In this document: positions 47,774 through 58,236 of the stretch, in pieces
Layout of the letters: every line of letters begins with the position of its first letter
How positions within the stretch are numbered: position 1 is the first letter of the stretch
Assembly (NCBI GenBank): GCA_016840035.1
Contig: JAEOTC010000030.1
Coordinates: 1-64,000, forward strand
Source of the DNA: Candidatus Hodarchaeota archaeon
GTDB lineage: Archaea; Asgardarchaeota; Heimdallarchaeia; Hodarchaeales; Hodarchaeaceae
Length of the DNA: 64,000 nt
Direction: 5' to 3'
The notes under the pieces: model-generated
What the model was told of the DNA's origin: nothing
Seen by the model: only the letters and a program-made list of their open reading frames with translations
The model's database searches: none
Translations under genes and position numbers: made by a program

Positions 47774-49234
47774 ATGGATCTCTTTCTTTTTCTAATTCTA
47801 TGGTTAAATCTAATTTCTGCTCTGATCATTATCCCTTATCCGATAAATTTACTCTTTCTAACCATCTGTTCAACAAATTGGAAAGATCCAGTGCCTGTAG
47901 AAAATTATAGCGAATTAGAGCTTCCTTCTGTTACTATTCAAATACCTATATTTAACGAGGAGAAAATAATCCAAAAAACACTTGGGCATCTCGAAAATAT
48001 CAATTACCCATTAAGTAGTTTAAAGATTCAAATTTTAGATGATTCTACCGATGATACTTCGCAAATAATTGATAAATTTACCACCAAAATCAAAAAAAAG
48101 GGAATTTTAATTGATGTAATTCGAAGATCATCGCGAGAAGGATTCAAAGCAGGGGCGTTGGGAAATGGATTGACGCAGGACGATTCTGAGTTCGTAGCAG
48201 TATTTGATTCGGATTTTGAAATTAGCTCCGATTTTCTTGTGGATTGTATCCATTATTTTAAAGGCAATGCTGAAATAGGAGCCGTTCAGACAAAGTGGGG
48301 ATATTCAAATCTGGACTTCTCATTATTCACACGTTCCATGTCTATTGGTTTGGATGGCCATTTTCTTGTTGAGAAATTAGGACGTAAGAGTTTAAATGCT
48401 AATATTACATTTAATGGAACAGGAGGAATCTGGAGACGGGCTACAATTGAAACTAGTGGAGGATGGTCTTCAGAAACTTTAGCTGAGGATTTAGATCTTG
48501 CTTATAGATCTCAAATGAAGGGATATAAAATAATTTATCTTTCTGATGTGGTTAACAGGCAGGAAATCCCTCCCACTCTACGATCATGGATCATACAACA
48601 GAGTAGATGGTCCAAAGGTTTTTCACAGAATTTAAGGAAGAATTTTAGGACATTCTTAGCTTCTGATTGCTCTATAATGTGTAAGATTCAAGGAACTTTT
48701 CACTTAGGTCAGTATCTAATCCCCTTGATGATACTTCTTAATATAATATCGGGAACTCTTCTCATTCTTCATCCATCGATAGACAAAGGTATTTTTTCCT
48801 TTTTTGGATTTCTCTTTGCAGTATCAGCTACATGCGGGATACTCGCCTATTCAGTAGCTGTAGTTCGTGCAGGTAGATCGAAAACAGACCTACTTCTCAT
48901 TCCATTATTTCTCTTCTGGGGAGGAGCATTGATCGTACGTATGACCCTGGGTACCCTTGTAGGTTTCATCAAAGAGGGAGGAGAATTTGAACGAACCCCC
49001 AAATATAATCTATCCAAGAATCTTCCTCAATCAAAACCAAAAATTCATGATCATATTCCTTTAGACAAAATCACAATAGTTGAAATAATATTTTTGTTTT
49101 TCCTTATTTTTGGAGCCTTCCAGTATATATCTCTAGGAAGTTTTTTTCTATTCAATGCAGTTTACTTATTGTTTCTTAGTCTAGGGCTAATTAATCTAAT
49201 TATATCAGAAATTGTACACGCACTGGCTTCATAA
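47774..49234 (+). CDS. Processive GT2 glycosyltransferase (cellulose synthase-like)
   Basis: DDSTD, FKAGAL, FDSDF, AEDLD, QQSRW, FERTPK; TM helices. Confidence 0.92.
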   Translation: MDLFLFLILWLNLISALIIIPYPINLLFLTICSTNWKDPVPVENYSELELPSVTIQIPIFNEEKIIQKTLGHLENINYPLSSLKIQILDDSTDDTSQIIDKFTTKIKKKGILIDVIRRSSREGFKAGALGNGLTQDDSEFVAVFDSDFEISSDFLVDCIHYFKGNAEIGAVQTKWGYSNLDFSLFTRSMSIGLDGHFLVEKLGRKSLNANITFNGTGGIWRRATIETSGGWSSETLAEDLDLAYRSQMKGYKIIYLSDVVNRQEIPPTLRSWIIQQSRWSKGFSQNLRKNFRTFLASDCSIMCKIQGTFHLGQYLIPLMILLNIISGTLLILHPSIDKGIFSFFGFLFAVSATCGILAYSVAVVRAGRSKTDLLLIPLFLFWGGALIVRMTLGTLVGFIKEGGEFERTPKYNLSKNLPQSKPKIHDHIPLDKITIVEIIFLFFLIFGAFQYISLGSFFLFNAVYLLFLSLGLINLIISEIVHALAS

Positions 49235-49241
49235 ATGGAAT

Positions 49242-49655
49242 TTACTTGTATAAACCTGTGCACTCATGTTTTTCCGGGAGACGATGATCAGTACAAAAAT
49301 AATTTCCACAATAGGAACACGTGAAACCCATAAGAGTTGTCGCACTACAATACTTACATCGACCCTCCATTTGCGTTTTCTTCTTCATTTTAGATGGTGG
49401 GATAATATTTGGTCGAAAAGAGTCACCTCTTAAGAAATTGCGATGTGATTTAGGATGAGTATCTCTCAAATTCTCCGCTTGAAAAATAAATACATAGGCA
49501 ATTAGAATAGAGAAGAAGATTGAAGTTAGACCCCATATTACAAATAATATTGAAGTATCTGTTCCTGAAAAGATAAGATATGAAAGGATTAAACATAGAA
49601 TAAGTCCAGTGGCAAATACAAGTGAGCTTCGTTCCTTTGGTGTAAATGAATTCAT
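49242..49655 (-). CDS. Two-TM protein with C-terminal AN1-type zinc finger
   Basis: CKYC...FTCSYCGNYFCTDHRLPEKHEC. Confidence 0.85.
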   Translation of the reverse strand: MNSFTPKERSSLVFATGLILCLILSYLIFSGTDTSILFVIWGLTSIFFSILIAYVFIFQAENLRDTHPKSHRNFLRGDSFRPNIIPPSKMKKKTQMEGRCKYCSATTLMGFTCSYCGNYFCTDHRLPEKHECTGLYK

Positions 49656-49657
49656 AT

Positions 49658-50239
49658 TTAAAAAACCCCCAATATACCTCGAGGATGAAAAAGCCAAATT
49701 ATAGCAGTAAAGCTAAAAACAATGAAGAAAAATACCTGATTCCAATTGTAGACCTTTGCTCCATCTAAAATCGAAAAAGGCAGAAGGTTGAATATCGCAA
49801 TATCAAACGAAGCTTTACTGATAAATAGAATGATTCTGGACCACGAAGGAGGAAGGAAGGTTGAGATGATTAGTAAAGCACCTCCCATAAATATATTTAC
49901 TAAAGGACCCATAACAGCAACATTGGCCCGAATCCGAGAACTAGGAGTTCCAAACCATATTACTGCACCAGGTGCAATTATTTTAATCGGTAAAAGTGCG
50001 GAAAATAGTGACATGAGAGCCATGTTTTGGTCTAAGTAGAATTTTGCGGGATACCCGTATCTAATTGCTGTGTATTTATGAGCTAATTCATGTAATGCAA
50101 ATAGTGGCAGAATCAAGAGACCAGCGATGAATAATTCAAAGAAATCTGAGTCAAAAATTAGTAATGATAGTTCTACTATTACAAAGATCATAGATGCGAT
50201 CAATAGTTGTTGTTTTTCTTCATCAGAAAATGAGTACAT
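49658..50239 (-). CDS. M50/site-2-type intramembrane zinc protease
   Basis: HELAH, GPLVN, FNLLPFSILDG. Confidence 0.88.
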   Translation of the reverse strand: MYSFSDEEKQQLLIASMIFVIVELSLLIFDSDFFELFIAGLLILPLFALHELAHKYTAIRYGYPAKFYLDQNMALMSLFSALLPIKIIAPGAVIWFGTPSSRIRANVAVMGPLVNIFMGGALLIISTFLPPSWSRIILFISKASFDIAIFNLLPFSILDGAKVYNWNQVFFFIVFSFTAIIWLFHPRGILGVF

Positions 50240-50251
50240 AAAACATCAAGA

Positions 50252-50437
50252 TTATTCTTTCTGGGAAATCTGATCTACTAATTTATCCCATGTCTCTCTT
50301 TCCTGCTTCAGCAATTCCTCAATAGCTATTCGCAAGAAATGAGATCTTGATTCATATTGCCCCAAACGGACAAAATTATCAATGAGGATAAGAATTTGAT
50401 CAGGAATTTTGATACTTATTGGCTTCTGACGCATCAT
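50252..50437 (-). CDS. Ribbon-helix-helix (CopG/MetJ) protein
   Basis: ISIKIP...IDNFV..GQYESRSHFLRIAI. Confidence 0.85.
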   Translation of the reverse strand: MMRQKPISIKIPDQILILIDNFVRLGQYESRSHFLRIAIEELLKQERETWDKLVDQISQKE

Positions 50438-50640
50438 TTTCTATCCATCACTTATTTCAGATTATTCAATATAGGTTTTACTCTTGAAAATATTAAAAGT
50501 GTGTAAACTCGCGGTACTATTATCATAAAGCGAGAGATACTATTTTATTTCTAGAAAAATTTTCTGTTCCAGATGATCTTTAAAGAAAGAATTTTATCTA
50601 AGTGCAGATTCGCATAGAATAATTAATCGGGTGAGTAAAA

Positions 50641-51927
50641 TTGAAAAGTGTATTAGTTTCAGCAGCAGGAGTAATCTTTGGAGAAATTACTTCCGATTCG
50701 GCAAATATATTAGATTCCCTCATGTTCAAAGATAATGACACAATATTAACTGATGAATTTCTAGTTTTCCTTAAAGAACATGAGGAAGAATTACGAAGGA
50801 TATTGCCAGATATAAAAGAAGAGATTGCTTCCGATAATGCAGTGATTATCGAACACTTACGTCAAATAGGGTACGAAGAAGTCCGTTTTGCTAGCACTGG
50901 AGAATTTTCCACATTTAGATCAGAAGTAAATGATTATCTTATAAGAAAATTAGATTTAGCAAGCCCCGCAGAACTTATTTCTATACTAAGAGGTAAATCA
51001 TTAGCTCACACTCAATCACTTTTACGGGAGGACGTTGAGGCAAGGGATAAATATCTCGCTCAGGCAATTAATAGTATTGATGATATTAACTCAATACTTA
51101 ACTTAATTTATGCACGATTATCAGAATGGTATGGAATTCATTTTCCAGAGTTAGTAGATTTAGTGAGAGATAATAATCAATATATACGCCTTGTGTCAAA
51201 AATGAGGGGGAAAGTAAGATCAGAAATAGTCACCGAAGAAATTTCATCACTATCTGAGAGAAGACAAGAGCTGATTCACCATGCAGCTGAAAACTCCTTA
51301 GGAGCTAATATTTCCTCGTATGATATGAACCCGATATCAAATTTGGCCTCATTTGGAGTAGAGATTTTAAAAACAAAGGAAAGCCTAGAAAGCTACATTG
51401 AAGAAAGTATGAAAGAGGTAGCACCGAATTTACAACATCTTGTAGGAAGTTTGCTAGGTGCACGCCTTATTTCTTTAGCTGGAAGTTTAGAGAATCTTGC
51501 AAAACGATCATCGGGAACAATTCAAGTTCTAGGGGCAGAAAAAGCTTTATTTAGGCACCTACGATCAGGAGAAGATCCACCCAAGCATGGGGTTATATTC
51601 CAATCACAATTGATACATTCAGCAAAAAAACATCAGAGAGGAAAGATTGCTAGAGCTTTAGCAGGAAAATTAAGCATTGCTTCGCGTGTTGATTTCTTTA
51701 GTGGTGAATTTATTGCTCCAACTCTCTTGGAAGATGTAGAAAAAAGAGTAAATGAGATAAAAGAATCCTTTCCAGAACCTTCGGAAAAGCAAAGGGCCAG
51801 AAAACAGAAAAAGAAAGAAAAGAAACCAAAAGGAAGACGTGGCAAATATCAGAAAAAAGGTCCAAAGTGGTCTGGATCAAAAAAGGATTTTAAAAAGAAA
51901 AAACACCGCAAAAATAAGAAAGAATAA
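50641..51927 (+). CDS. nop5: C/D box RNP protein Nop5 (Nop56/58)
   Basis: EWYGIHFPEL, IQVLGAEKALF, PPKHGVIF, GKIARALA; Lys-rich tail. Confidence 0.95.
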   Translation: MKSVLVSAAGVIFGEITSDSANILDSLMFKDNDTILTDEFLVFLKEHEEELRRILPDIKEEIASDNAVIIEHLRQIGYEEVRFASTGEFSTFRSEVNDYLIRKLDLASPAELISILRGKSLAHTQSLLREDVEARDKYLAQAINSIDDINSILNLIYARLSEWYGIHFPELVDLVRDNNQYIRLVSKMRGKVRSEIVTEEISSLSERRQELIHHAAENSLGANISSYDMNPISNLASFGVEILKTKESLESYIEESMKEVAPNLQHLVGSLLGARLISLAGSLENLAKRSSGTIQVLGAEKALFRHLRSGEDPPKHGVIFQSQLIHSAKKHQRGKIARALAGKLSIASRVDFFSGEFIAPTLLEDVEKRVNEIKESFPEPSEKQRARKQKKKEKKPKGRRGKYQKKGPKWSGSKKDFKKKKHRKNKKE

Positions 51928-51954
51928 GTATTTTCCTCATTCCTTGGTGTAAAA

Positions 51955-52635
51955 ATGAAAATAAAGGAAACAATAATAGAGGGTATGTATCAAATAAAAA
52001 TTGATCAAAAAAATCGCCTTGCAACACGAAATAAAGTCCCAGGTACAAATGTTTATGGTGAGCGATTAGTCAAGATAAATGATGAGGAATACAGACTTTG
52101 GGACCCATTTCGATCGAAATATGCAGCAGCCTTTTTATCTGGAATGAAATTCCTCCCTCAATTAAAGAAAAAGAACATCCTATATCTGGGAGTATCAACA
52201 GGGACAACCCCATCACATTTCTCCGATATTTTAGATAATGGATATATATATGGAGTTGAATTTTCTCCAAAAATCATGAGGAAGTTTTATCGTCTTGCTG
52301 AACAGCGACCCAATTTGATACCGATTCTTGCTGATGTAAGAAGGCCAGAAGAATATTCTTCATATGTTTTTGATGTTGATTTGCTGTATCAAGATGTTTC
52401 TCAACCAGAACAAGCAACCATCTTTGGGAGAAATGCTCAAGAGTATCTTAAGCCAGGAGGAGATGGTGTTATCGCTATCAAATCTCAGAGTATTGATGTT
52501 TCACTCGAACCAGAAGAGATTTTCTCCAAGCAGATGAGTATTTTAGAGGATAAATTCGACCTAAAAGTGATCGAGCATTCCTCAATTGATGCATTTGAGA
52601 AAAAACACGCAGTAATTGTAATAAGAAAAGAGTAG
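51955..52635 (+). CDS. flpA: Fibrillarin
   Basis: VYGE, WDPFRSK, LYLG..GTTPSH, YQDVSQP. Confidence 0.96.
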   Translation: MKIKETIIEGMYQIKIDQKNRLATRNKVPGTNVYGERLVKINDEEYRLWDPFRSKYAAAFLSGMKFLPQLKKKNILYLGVSTGTTPSHFSDILDNGYIYGVEFSPKIMRKFYRLAEQRPNLIPILADVRRPEEYSSYVFDVDLLYQDVSQPEQATIFGRNAQEYLKPGGDGVIAIKSQSIDVSLEPEEIFSKQMSILEDKFDLKVIEHSSIDAFEKKHAVIVIRKE

Positions 52636-52649
52636 TTTCTCCACAATTC

Positions 52650-52994
52650 CTATCCATAATCACGCCATGTGAACTTGCACTTCTTGCAACGATAGAAGGT
52701 TGTCGTTGCTTCGTCTGCACTCCTAGTTTGAAGTTGCCAATATACTGCCTCATGATGTCCACATTTTTCGCAACTCGCAGTAGCCGTTGGCATTGTTTCT
52801 ACGGCGTTTTCATCTTCAATTATGACCGTTTTTTCTAGCTCGGAGTGTCGTATGGTTTGTTTTATTTCAAAAGCTTTAGAATTTGTTTGTGAATTAGCCC
52901 CAATTTTCTTCCCACAGGCATTGCATTTCATTACAACAGATCCATCTGGCTGTTTATCAGGGACAAGAAGGGCTCCGCACTCACAAAAATCCAT
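52650..52994 (-). CDS. tfs: Transcription elongation factor TFS
   Basis: Two Zn ribbons; QTRSADE. Confidence 0.93.
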   Translation of the reverse strand: MDFCECGALLVPDKQPDGSVVMKCNACGKKIGANSQTNSKAFEIKQTIRHSELEKTVIIEDENAVETMPTATASCEKCGHHEAVYWQLQTRSADEATTTFYRCKKCKFTWRDYG

Positions 52995-53168
52995 TAAAAT
53001 TGTCTCCAGTCAATTTGTGCTCAGTACAAGCAGAAATCTCCCGATGTTTTAAAGAAGCTGTGATTTTTATGTAAAACACCCGATATTTCCAAAAGCTAGA
53101 TATTCAAAAAAATGAGAAATATTAATTATTTCAATGATCAATTTGGAATAAGAGTACTAGAGAGGAGT

Positions 53169-53480
53169 ATGTTGCACAGAACTTCTATTAGACCCTATGA
53201 GGAAATTACTATTTTATCTCTCGATAGTCTTGCTTCAGAAACGAAATTTCAACTCTTTTGCAAGATAAAAGAGAAGGAAGATGCACATATAATATTATCA
53301 GATGAGAAGGCTGAATATAAATTTGCTTCTAAAGATTTAGATCTAGAAGATATTGATGTAGGGGATACAATTCTAGTTTTTGGCCAAAAGGAAGAAGATA
53401 ATATAAATTTGGAGAAACTCATTAAACTTAATCTTGATTGGTCTCTTCTTGTTAAAGCTAGAACTATTGAACAGTTGTAA
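53169..53480 (+). CDS. Single OB-fold protein, RPA14 (RPA3)-like
   Basis: OB pattern ILSD...VGDTILVFG plus C-terminal helix; ATG at 53169 preceded by GGAG. Confidence 0.6.
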   Translation: MLHRTSIRPYEEITILSLDSLASETKFQLFCKIKEKEDAHIILSDEKAEYKFASKDLDLEDIDVGDTILVFGQKEEDNINLEKLIKLNLDWSLLVKARTIEQL

Positions 53481-53734
53481 AATCCATTCATATATTCAGA
53501 TACATCAGTTCAAGTGGATTCAGATTTAAAAAGCGACCATCTATCTCAATTATCGTTTTTCGCTAAAATAAGTTCTCTTCCTCCATAGATGCGGAAATAA
53601 ACTTCAGAAAAAATATATATACAAGATAATTGCACATTTAACGAACCAGATTACCGTTACGAAGCAAATTTAGGTTGAAAATCTAAAGGTTTTATTAATA
53701 ACGAAATCTGCTTGTTCTGTAAGGAGGCTTATAC

Positions 53735-54178
53735 ATGTCCATGGTCGGTCAAGCCAAAAGAACTTTTCAAAAAGAAATCTCTGCATTTAACAACAAAAGA
53801 GTAGCAGTTATTCTCAAGAATGGTACAAAATTCGTTGGGGAACTTAAGGGATTATCTCCTGAAACTCTTACGTGTGTACTAATAAAAGCCAAGCGTGATG
53901 ATGATACTAACGAAATTCATCGTATTTGTCTTAATGGCGATCAAATTGCAGAGATCTACTTAGAAGAAGCCCCATTTGATCTTCTAGGTTTAAAAGATGA
54001 ACTTGAACAGATCTTTCGGCGTCCTGGAGACGTGAAAGTCTATGATGAGGCTGGATTGATCGTCGTACTTGAAAGAGTGAAAGTCTCTGAAACAGGTGTG
54101 GAAGGAACAGGCCCCGTCGCAGATAGAGTTAGAGCCATATTTAACCGATATGCAAGTGATCAAGCTTCAGAAGAGTAG
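53735..54178 (+). CDS. Sm/Lsm protein with C-terminal extension (SmAP3-type)
   Basis: VAVILKNGTKFVGELKG...LNGDQIAEI plus C-domain (VSETGVEGTGPVADR). Confidence 0.88.
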   Translation: MSMVGQAKRTFQKEISAFNNKRVAVILKNGTKFVGELKGLSPETLTCVLIKAKRDDDTNEIHRICLNGDQIAEIYLEEAPFDLLGLKDELEQIFRRPGDVKVYDEAGLIVVLERVKVSETGVEGTGPVADRVRAIFNRYASDQASEE

Positions 54179-54186
54179 GAATTTAT

Positions 54187-54543
54187 ATGCTAATAAATGC
54201 AGAAGTATTTCAACTAGAGGAAGATATTGATAATAATCTCTGGTTAATTGACTTTAGAGATGAGAAGTTAGGTCTCAGAGGAAGAATGGAAATACCCTCA
54301 AAATTAGTTGATCTACACGATGCAAAGAATCTTCAAATTGAAGTTGTTGCCGTTAAAAAAAAGACCCCATCGTTTAAAGATGCTAAAGTAGCCTTGAATG
54401 CTATTAACTATAGAACCAAACCCGTTGGAAAAGAGAAAATCTACTCATTTTCCTCAGGTGGATTAACATTCCGGCTATTCTCTGGAAAAGTCATTCCAGA
54501 GTTTAAACTACCACTTAAAGAGTATTTGATTATAGTGCGCTAA
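54187..54543 (+). CDS. rpoG: RNA polymerase subunit RpoG (Rpb8)
   Basis: SSGGLTFRL matches the Rpb8 SxGGL motif; size and SmAP3 neighbour fit. Confidence 0.72.
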   Translation: MLINAEVFQLEEDIDNNLWLIDFRDEKLGLRGRMEIPSKLVDLHDAKNLQIEVVAVKKKTPSFKDAKVALNAINYRTKPVGKEKIYSFSSGGLTFRLFSGKVIPEFKLPLKEYLIIVR

Positions 54544-54555
54544 AAATTTTAGTGT

Positions 54556-54640
54556 GCGGGGGTTTCCCAGCCAGGTCAAAGGAGCTAGGTTGAGGTCCTA
54601 GTCGTGTAGGCGTTCGTGAGTTCAAATCTCACCCCCCGCA
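54556..54640 (+). tRNA. tRNA-Leu(GAG)
   Basis: Acceptor GCGGGGG/CCCCCGC; CTAGG-TTGAGGT-CCTAG; long variable arm. Confidence 0.95.
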
Positions 54641-54800
54641 TTAGCATGTATCACTCTTCTTTTGTTCACAAACCCAGAAACTAATAAGGGGTTGTTGATC
54701 ATTATTTTTATTGCGGAATATTGAATCCAAGAAATTTTTATTATGGTTTGAATTTCTTTGGAAATGAAATCCTCTTAATTGAAATGGCTGGATTTTAATT

Positions 54801-55592
54801 TTGAAAATAAATTTACGGTTTGATTCACTAATCTATAAACTTTATGAACGTAGATTATGGAATCAAATAAAGGGTGGCATTGAGGAGGGTATTCATCCAA
54901 CTCACGTCGCTCTAATTATGGATGGAAATCGACGATATGCTCGTGCGAAACGTCTTCCGAGCACATATGGCCATCGATTAGGACGTGAGAAATTAAAGGA
55001 TATTTTACAATGGTTTTGGGATCTCGAGATTGATTATGTTACACTCTATGCTTTCTCAACAGAAAACTTCGAGAGGTCCAATGGGGAGGTAAATGAGTTA
55101 ATGAATCTATTTGAATCAACCTTTCAGGAACTTATCGACCATCCAGAGTTTAAAAAAAGAAATGTGAAAATTAAAGTCATTGGCCGAACTCATTTATTAC
55201 CGATGAGAGTCCAAGAAGCAATTAAGAGGGCAGTAAATAGTACTGATACAGAAAAACAAGGCCCGACATTAATCATCGCAATCGGGTATGGAGGTCGAGC
55301 CGAAATGATTGATGCAATGAAATCAATTGCTAGAAAGGTTGTTAACAATGAAATTGATGTTGAGGAGATAGATGAGCTAGTAGTTGAGCGACATCTTTAC
55401 ACCAATGGAATTCCTGATCCTGATTTAATTATACGTACATCAGGTGAAGAACGATTATCAGGGTTCCTTACTTGGCAATCTGTCTATAGTGAACTCTATT
55501 TTGCTGATGTTTTCTTCCCTGGATTTAGAAAGATTGATTTGTGGAGAGCTATTCGTACCTATCAATCACGAAAGCGACGTCATGGACGGTAA
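54801..55592 (+). CDS. uppS: cis-prenyltransferase (polyprenyl diphosphate synthase)
   Basis: IMDGNRRYA, YAFSTENF, IRTSGEERLSGFL. Confidence 0.96.
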   Translation: MKINLRFDSLIYKLYERRLWNQIKGGIEEGIHPTHVALIMDGNRRYARAKRLPSTYGHRLGREKLKDILQWFWDLEIDYVTLYAFSTENFERSNGEVNELMNLFESTFQELIDHPEFKKRNVKIKVIGRTHLLPMRVQEAIKRAVNSTDTEKQGPTLIIAIGYGGRAEMIDAMKSIARKVVNNEIDVEEIDELVVERHLYTNGIPDPDLIIRTSGEERLSGFLTWQSVYSELYFADVFFPGFRKIDLWRAIRTYQSRKRRHGR

Positions 55593-55608
55593 ATTCTTAG
55601 AGTTTAGA

Positions 55609-56364
55609 TCAAGTATACATACGCTTATTTGCTAAATTTTCACCTTGACTTTCCTCAATTGGAGCAAGTTGACGTTTAATTTCCTCTTCTATTGTCTGAG
55701 CATTTTGAACTAATTCGTTCGTATTGATGCTGATATTTAGGACTTCGTTGAGTTTCTCAATTGTTGAAACGGCCCCAAGTGGATCAGGACGCTCCCTTTG
55801 TGCATATGCTAGAAGGCCGATAGCTGGAAACATACTCATATCAAGATAGCCTAACATTATTGCTAGAGGGCCAGCCACAAATAGACCTGGATCAAGTAAA
55901 TTCATCTTGACTTCACTTAGGAAATCAGAATTAAGGGATGTCGATTGTAAAAATGCTCTTGTTGGAATATATTGGATATTATTCTCAGAAGCTTTCAACC
56001 GTGCATCAACTCCTCCAATAAAATAAGCCTCGGAGAATGTGTTCTGTTTTAGGATCCATTCAGACATTTTTTCGGAAAATTCGATTTGTACGTGACGATA
56101 TGGTTGAAGGTGAGGGATGAAGACCGCAAAATCGTATTCATCTTTTCCGTATATCTCAAAAGGTAATCTCAATTGACTATTTTGTACAGAAATGAAGGGA
56201 GGAGCTCCACTTGACATGATAGTTGCTATTCTTTTTAATTTGAGGTCCTCAATCATGTGAGATACTGTTATATATCCAATCTCCCCTAATCCATGCCATC
56301 CCGCTATAAATCTGTTACACTGATTTAATATTTCTTGATCTTCATGAAAAATTTTGAATTTCAT
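55609..56364 (-). CDS. PAC2-family proteasome assembly chaperone with HbYX tail
   Basis: GWHGLGEIG, IGG, GPLA, PDPLGA; ends M-Y-T. Confidence 0.88.
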   Translation of the reverse strand: MKFKIFHEDQEILNQCNRFIAGWHGLGEIGYITVSHMIEDLKLKRIATIMSSGAPPFISVQNSQLRLPFEIYGKDEYDFAVFIPHLQPYRHVQIEFSEKMSEWILKQNTFSEAYFIGGVDARLKASENNIQYIPTRAFLQSTSLNSDFLSEVKMNLLDPGLFVAGPLAIMLGYLDMSMFPAIGLLAYAQRERPDPLGAVSTIEKLNEVLNISINTNELVQNAQTIEEEIKRQLAPIEESQGENLANKRMYT

Positions 56365-56387
56365 TCGTTTTCAACCATCAATTCTGT

Positions 56388-57041
56388 TCATTCAAGTCGA
56401 TCTTCTCGTGCTATATATCGTGCACGACTTTGGATTTTTTTCATCTGTTCATAAGTATTCTTCCCCTCAGGATACACACTTAGATACCCATCTAAAAATG
56501 TGCTGAAGAGAATTTTTGACGCTGGCTGAATAGCTTTCAATGTTGAATAGAAAGTGAGTATATCATCAGCCTTTGACTCTATTTCATTAGATATCCTCCC
56601 CAGTCCAAAATCAATTATTATTGGTTTATCCTCTAGTTGAATAATTACGTTAAAAACCGTTAAATCTCCGTGAATTATGTCATTACAATGTAAAAGACCA
56701 ATTTGTGATCCTAGACTGGAAAAAATCGGTTTTAGTCTCTGAATAGGGAGTAAATCCATTGTTTCATAGAGTAATTTTCCATCAATCTCCTCTATAAGCA
56801 AATAACTCTCTTGAATATTAATACCAATAAGACTTGGAACAGAAGCTCCAATTTTTCTTGCAATAGACATGACTTTAGCTTCTGATCTTAATCGGTGTAA
56901 TCTTATCCGATGGTCAATTTCTGGGTGTCGGTATGTTTTTGGTAACCGTTGTTTGATTATTACTGGATTTTGAAGGTAAGTGCCTTGATAGATTATTGCC
57001 TCTGCACCTTTGGCAATTCTAGCAGCTTTATCTAATCTCAT
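56388..57041 (-). CDS. bud32: KEOPS kinase Bud32
   Basis: GAEA, KTYRHP, HGDLT, IDFGL. Confidence 0.94.
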   Translation of the reverse strand: MRLDKAARIAKGAEAIIYQGTYLQNPVIIKQRLPKTYRHPEIDHRIRLHRLRSEAKVMSIARKIGASVPSLIGINIQESYLLIEEIDGKLLYETMDLLPIQRLKPIFSSLGSQIGLLHCNDIIHGDLTVFNVIIQLEDKPIIIDFGLGRISNEIESKADDILTFYSTLKAIQPASKILFSTFLDGYLSVYPEGKNTYEQMKKIQSRARYIAREDRLE

Positions 57042-58030
57042 TCTATCCACCCGACCTGAACTTGATCAGTTCTCCATCTAGGTTTCACCTGACTGTCCTC
57101 AACAGAGAGAATTTTCCCAGTGTTAAATAGATGAGTTCCTGCGAAAGCAATCATAACACCATTATCCCCTGCTAGGTTTCTTGGAACAGCCTGAAATGAA
57201 GTGTCTTGCTCTTGAGCGACTTTCTGGATAATAGTCTGTAAATGAGCATTAGCTGCTACTCCTCCTGTTAATAATACTGAAGGCTTCTTAGTGCAGGATA
57301 AAGCGCGTTCAGTAGCTTCAGCAAGTATTGCAAAAGTATACTCTTGAAAAGAATAACACACATCTGGAATTGAATGATCATGAAGGAGCTTCTTTGCTGC
57401 AGTCACCATTCCCGAGAATGAAAATGACATTCCCTTTATCGTATAAGGAAGCGTGAGGAGTTTATTGCCCGATTGTGCTTGTTTCTCGATGTGAGGACCT
57501 CCAGGATGAGGTAAATTCATTTCTCTTCCAAGTGTGTCTAGTGCATTTCCGATTGCGATATCCAAAGTTTCTCCTAATACTCTGTACCGCCCATTTAAGA
57601 ATGTAATAAGTTGAGTATTTCCTCCGCTCACATACAGAACCAATGGGTCATCTACAGGAGTCACCGTTCTTCCTAGTTCAACATGAGCAATACAATGATT
57701 AACTCCTAGAAGTGGAATGTTCAATCTTAATGAAATTGCTCGCGCGACCGTTGCTGTTGTTCTTAAGCACGGTCCTAATCCAGGGCCTTGAGAAAAAGCG
57801 ATTCCATCAATCTTATCGATTTTAAAAGGTAATCGTTTGAATACTTTATCTATAAGAATCGGGAATTCTTTTGCTAGAAAGATTGCAGCTTCTCGTGGAT
57901 GAATGCCCCCTTGAGGAGGGAAATAAGTTGCTGATTCATTGACAATAACTTCCCTTCCTTTTATCACAGCGACCCCTGCAGTATGTGCTGTACCTTCTAA
58001 TCCTAGTATAATTGGTTCGATAGATGCCAT
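57038..58030 (-). CDS. kae1: KEOPS t6A synthase Kae1
   Basis: EGTAHT, GGIHPREA, NHCIAHVE, YVSGGNTQ, DNGVMIA; ATG at 58030. Confidence 0.96.
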   Translation of the reverse strand: MASIEPIILGLEGTAHTAGVAVIKGREVIVNESATYFPPQGGIHPREAAIFLAKEFPILIDKVFKRLPFKIDKIDGIAFSQGPGLGPCLRTTATVARAISLRLNIPLLGVNHCIAHVELGRTVTPVDDPLVLYVSGGNTQLITFLNGRYRVLGETLDIAIGNALDTLGREMNLPHPGGPHIEKQAQSGNKLLTLPYTIKGMSFSFSGMVTAAKKLLHDHSIPDVCYSFQEYTFAILAEATERALSCTKKPSVLLTGGVAANAHLQTIIQKVAQEQDTSFQAVPRNLAGDNGVMIAFAGTHLFNTGKILSVEDSQVKPRWRTDQVQVGWIE

Positions 58031-58050
58031 ACTGATTTCATGATTCAAAA

Positions 58051-58236
58051 TTAGAATTCTGTATATCCACATAAGCCACAAGATGCTCTTCCTTTGTGTT
58101 TAGCTAAAAAAGACCCCTTACATCTTGGACAAAATTTATTTGTTCTTTTTATGGTTCCTTTTTTATAATCAACCTTATAATATGATTGAACTGGATTTCT
58201 ACGAACTGGCATTGTTTTAGTCCTCTTTTTGCTCAT
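58051..58236 (-). CDS. rps27ae: Ribosomal protein S27ae (eS31), no ubiquitin fusion
   Basis: YYKV...CPRC..FLAKH..R..CGLCG. Confidence 0.93.
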   Translation of the reverse strand: MSKKRTKTMPVRRNPVQSYYKVDYKKGTIKRTNKFCPRCKGSFLAKHKGRASCGLCGYTEF

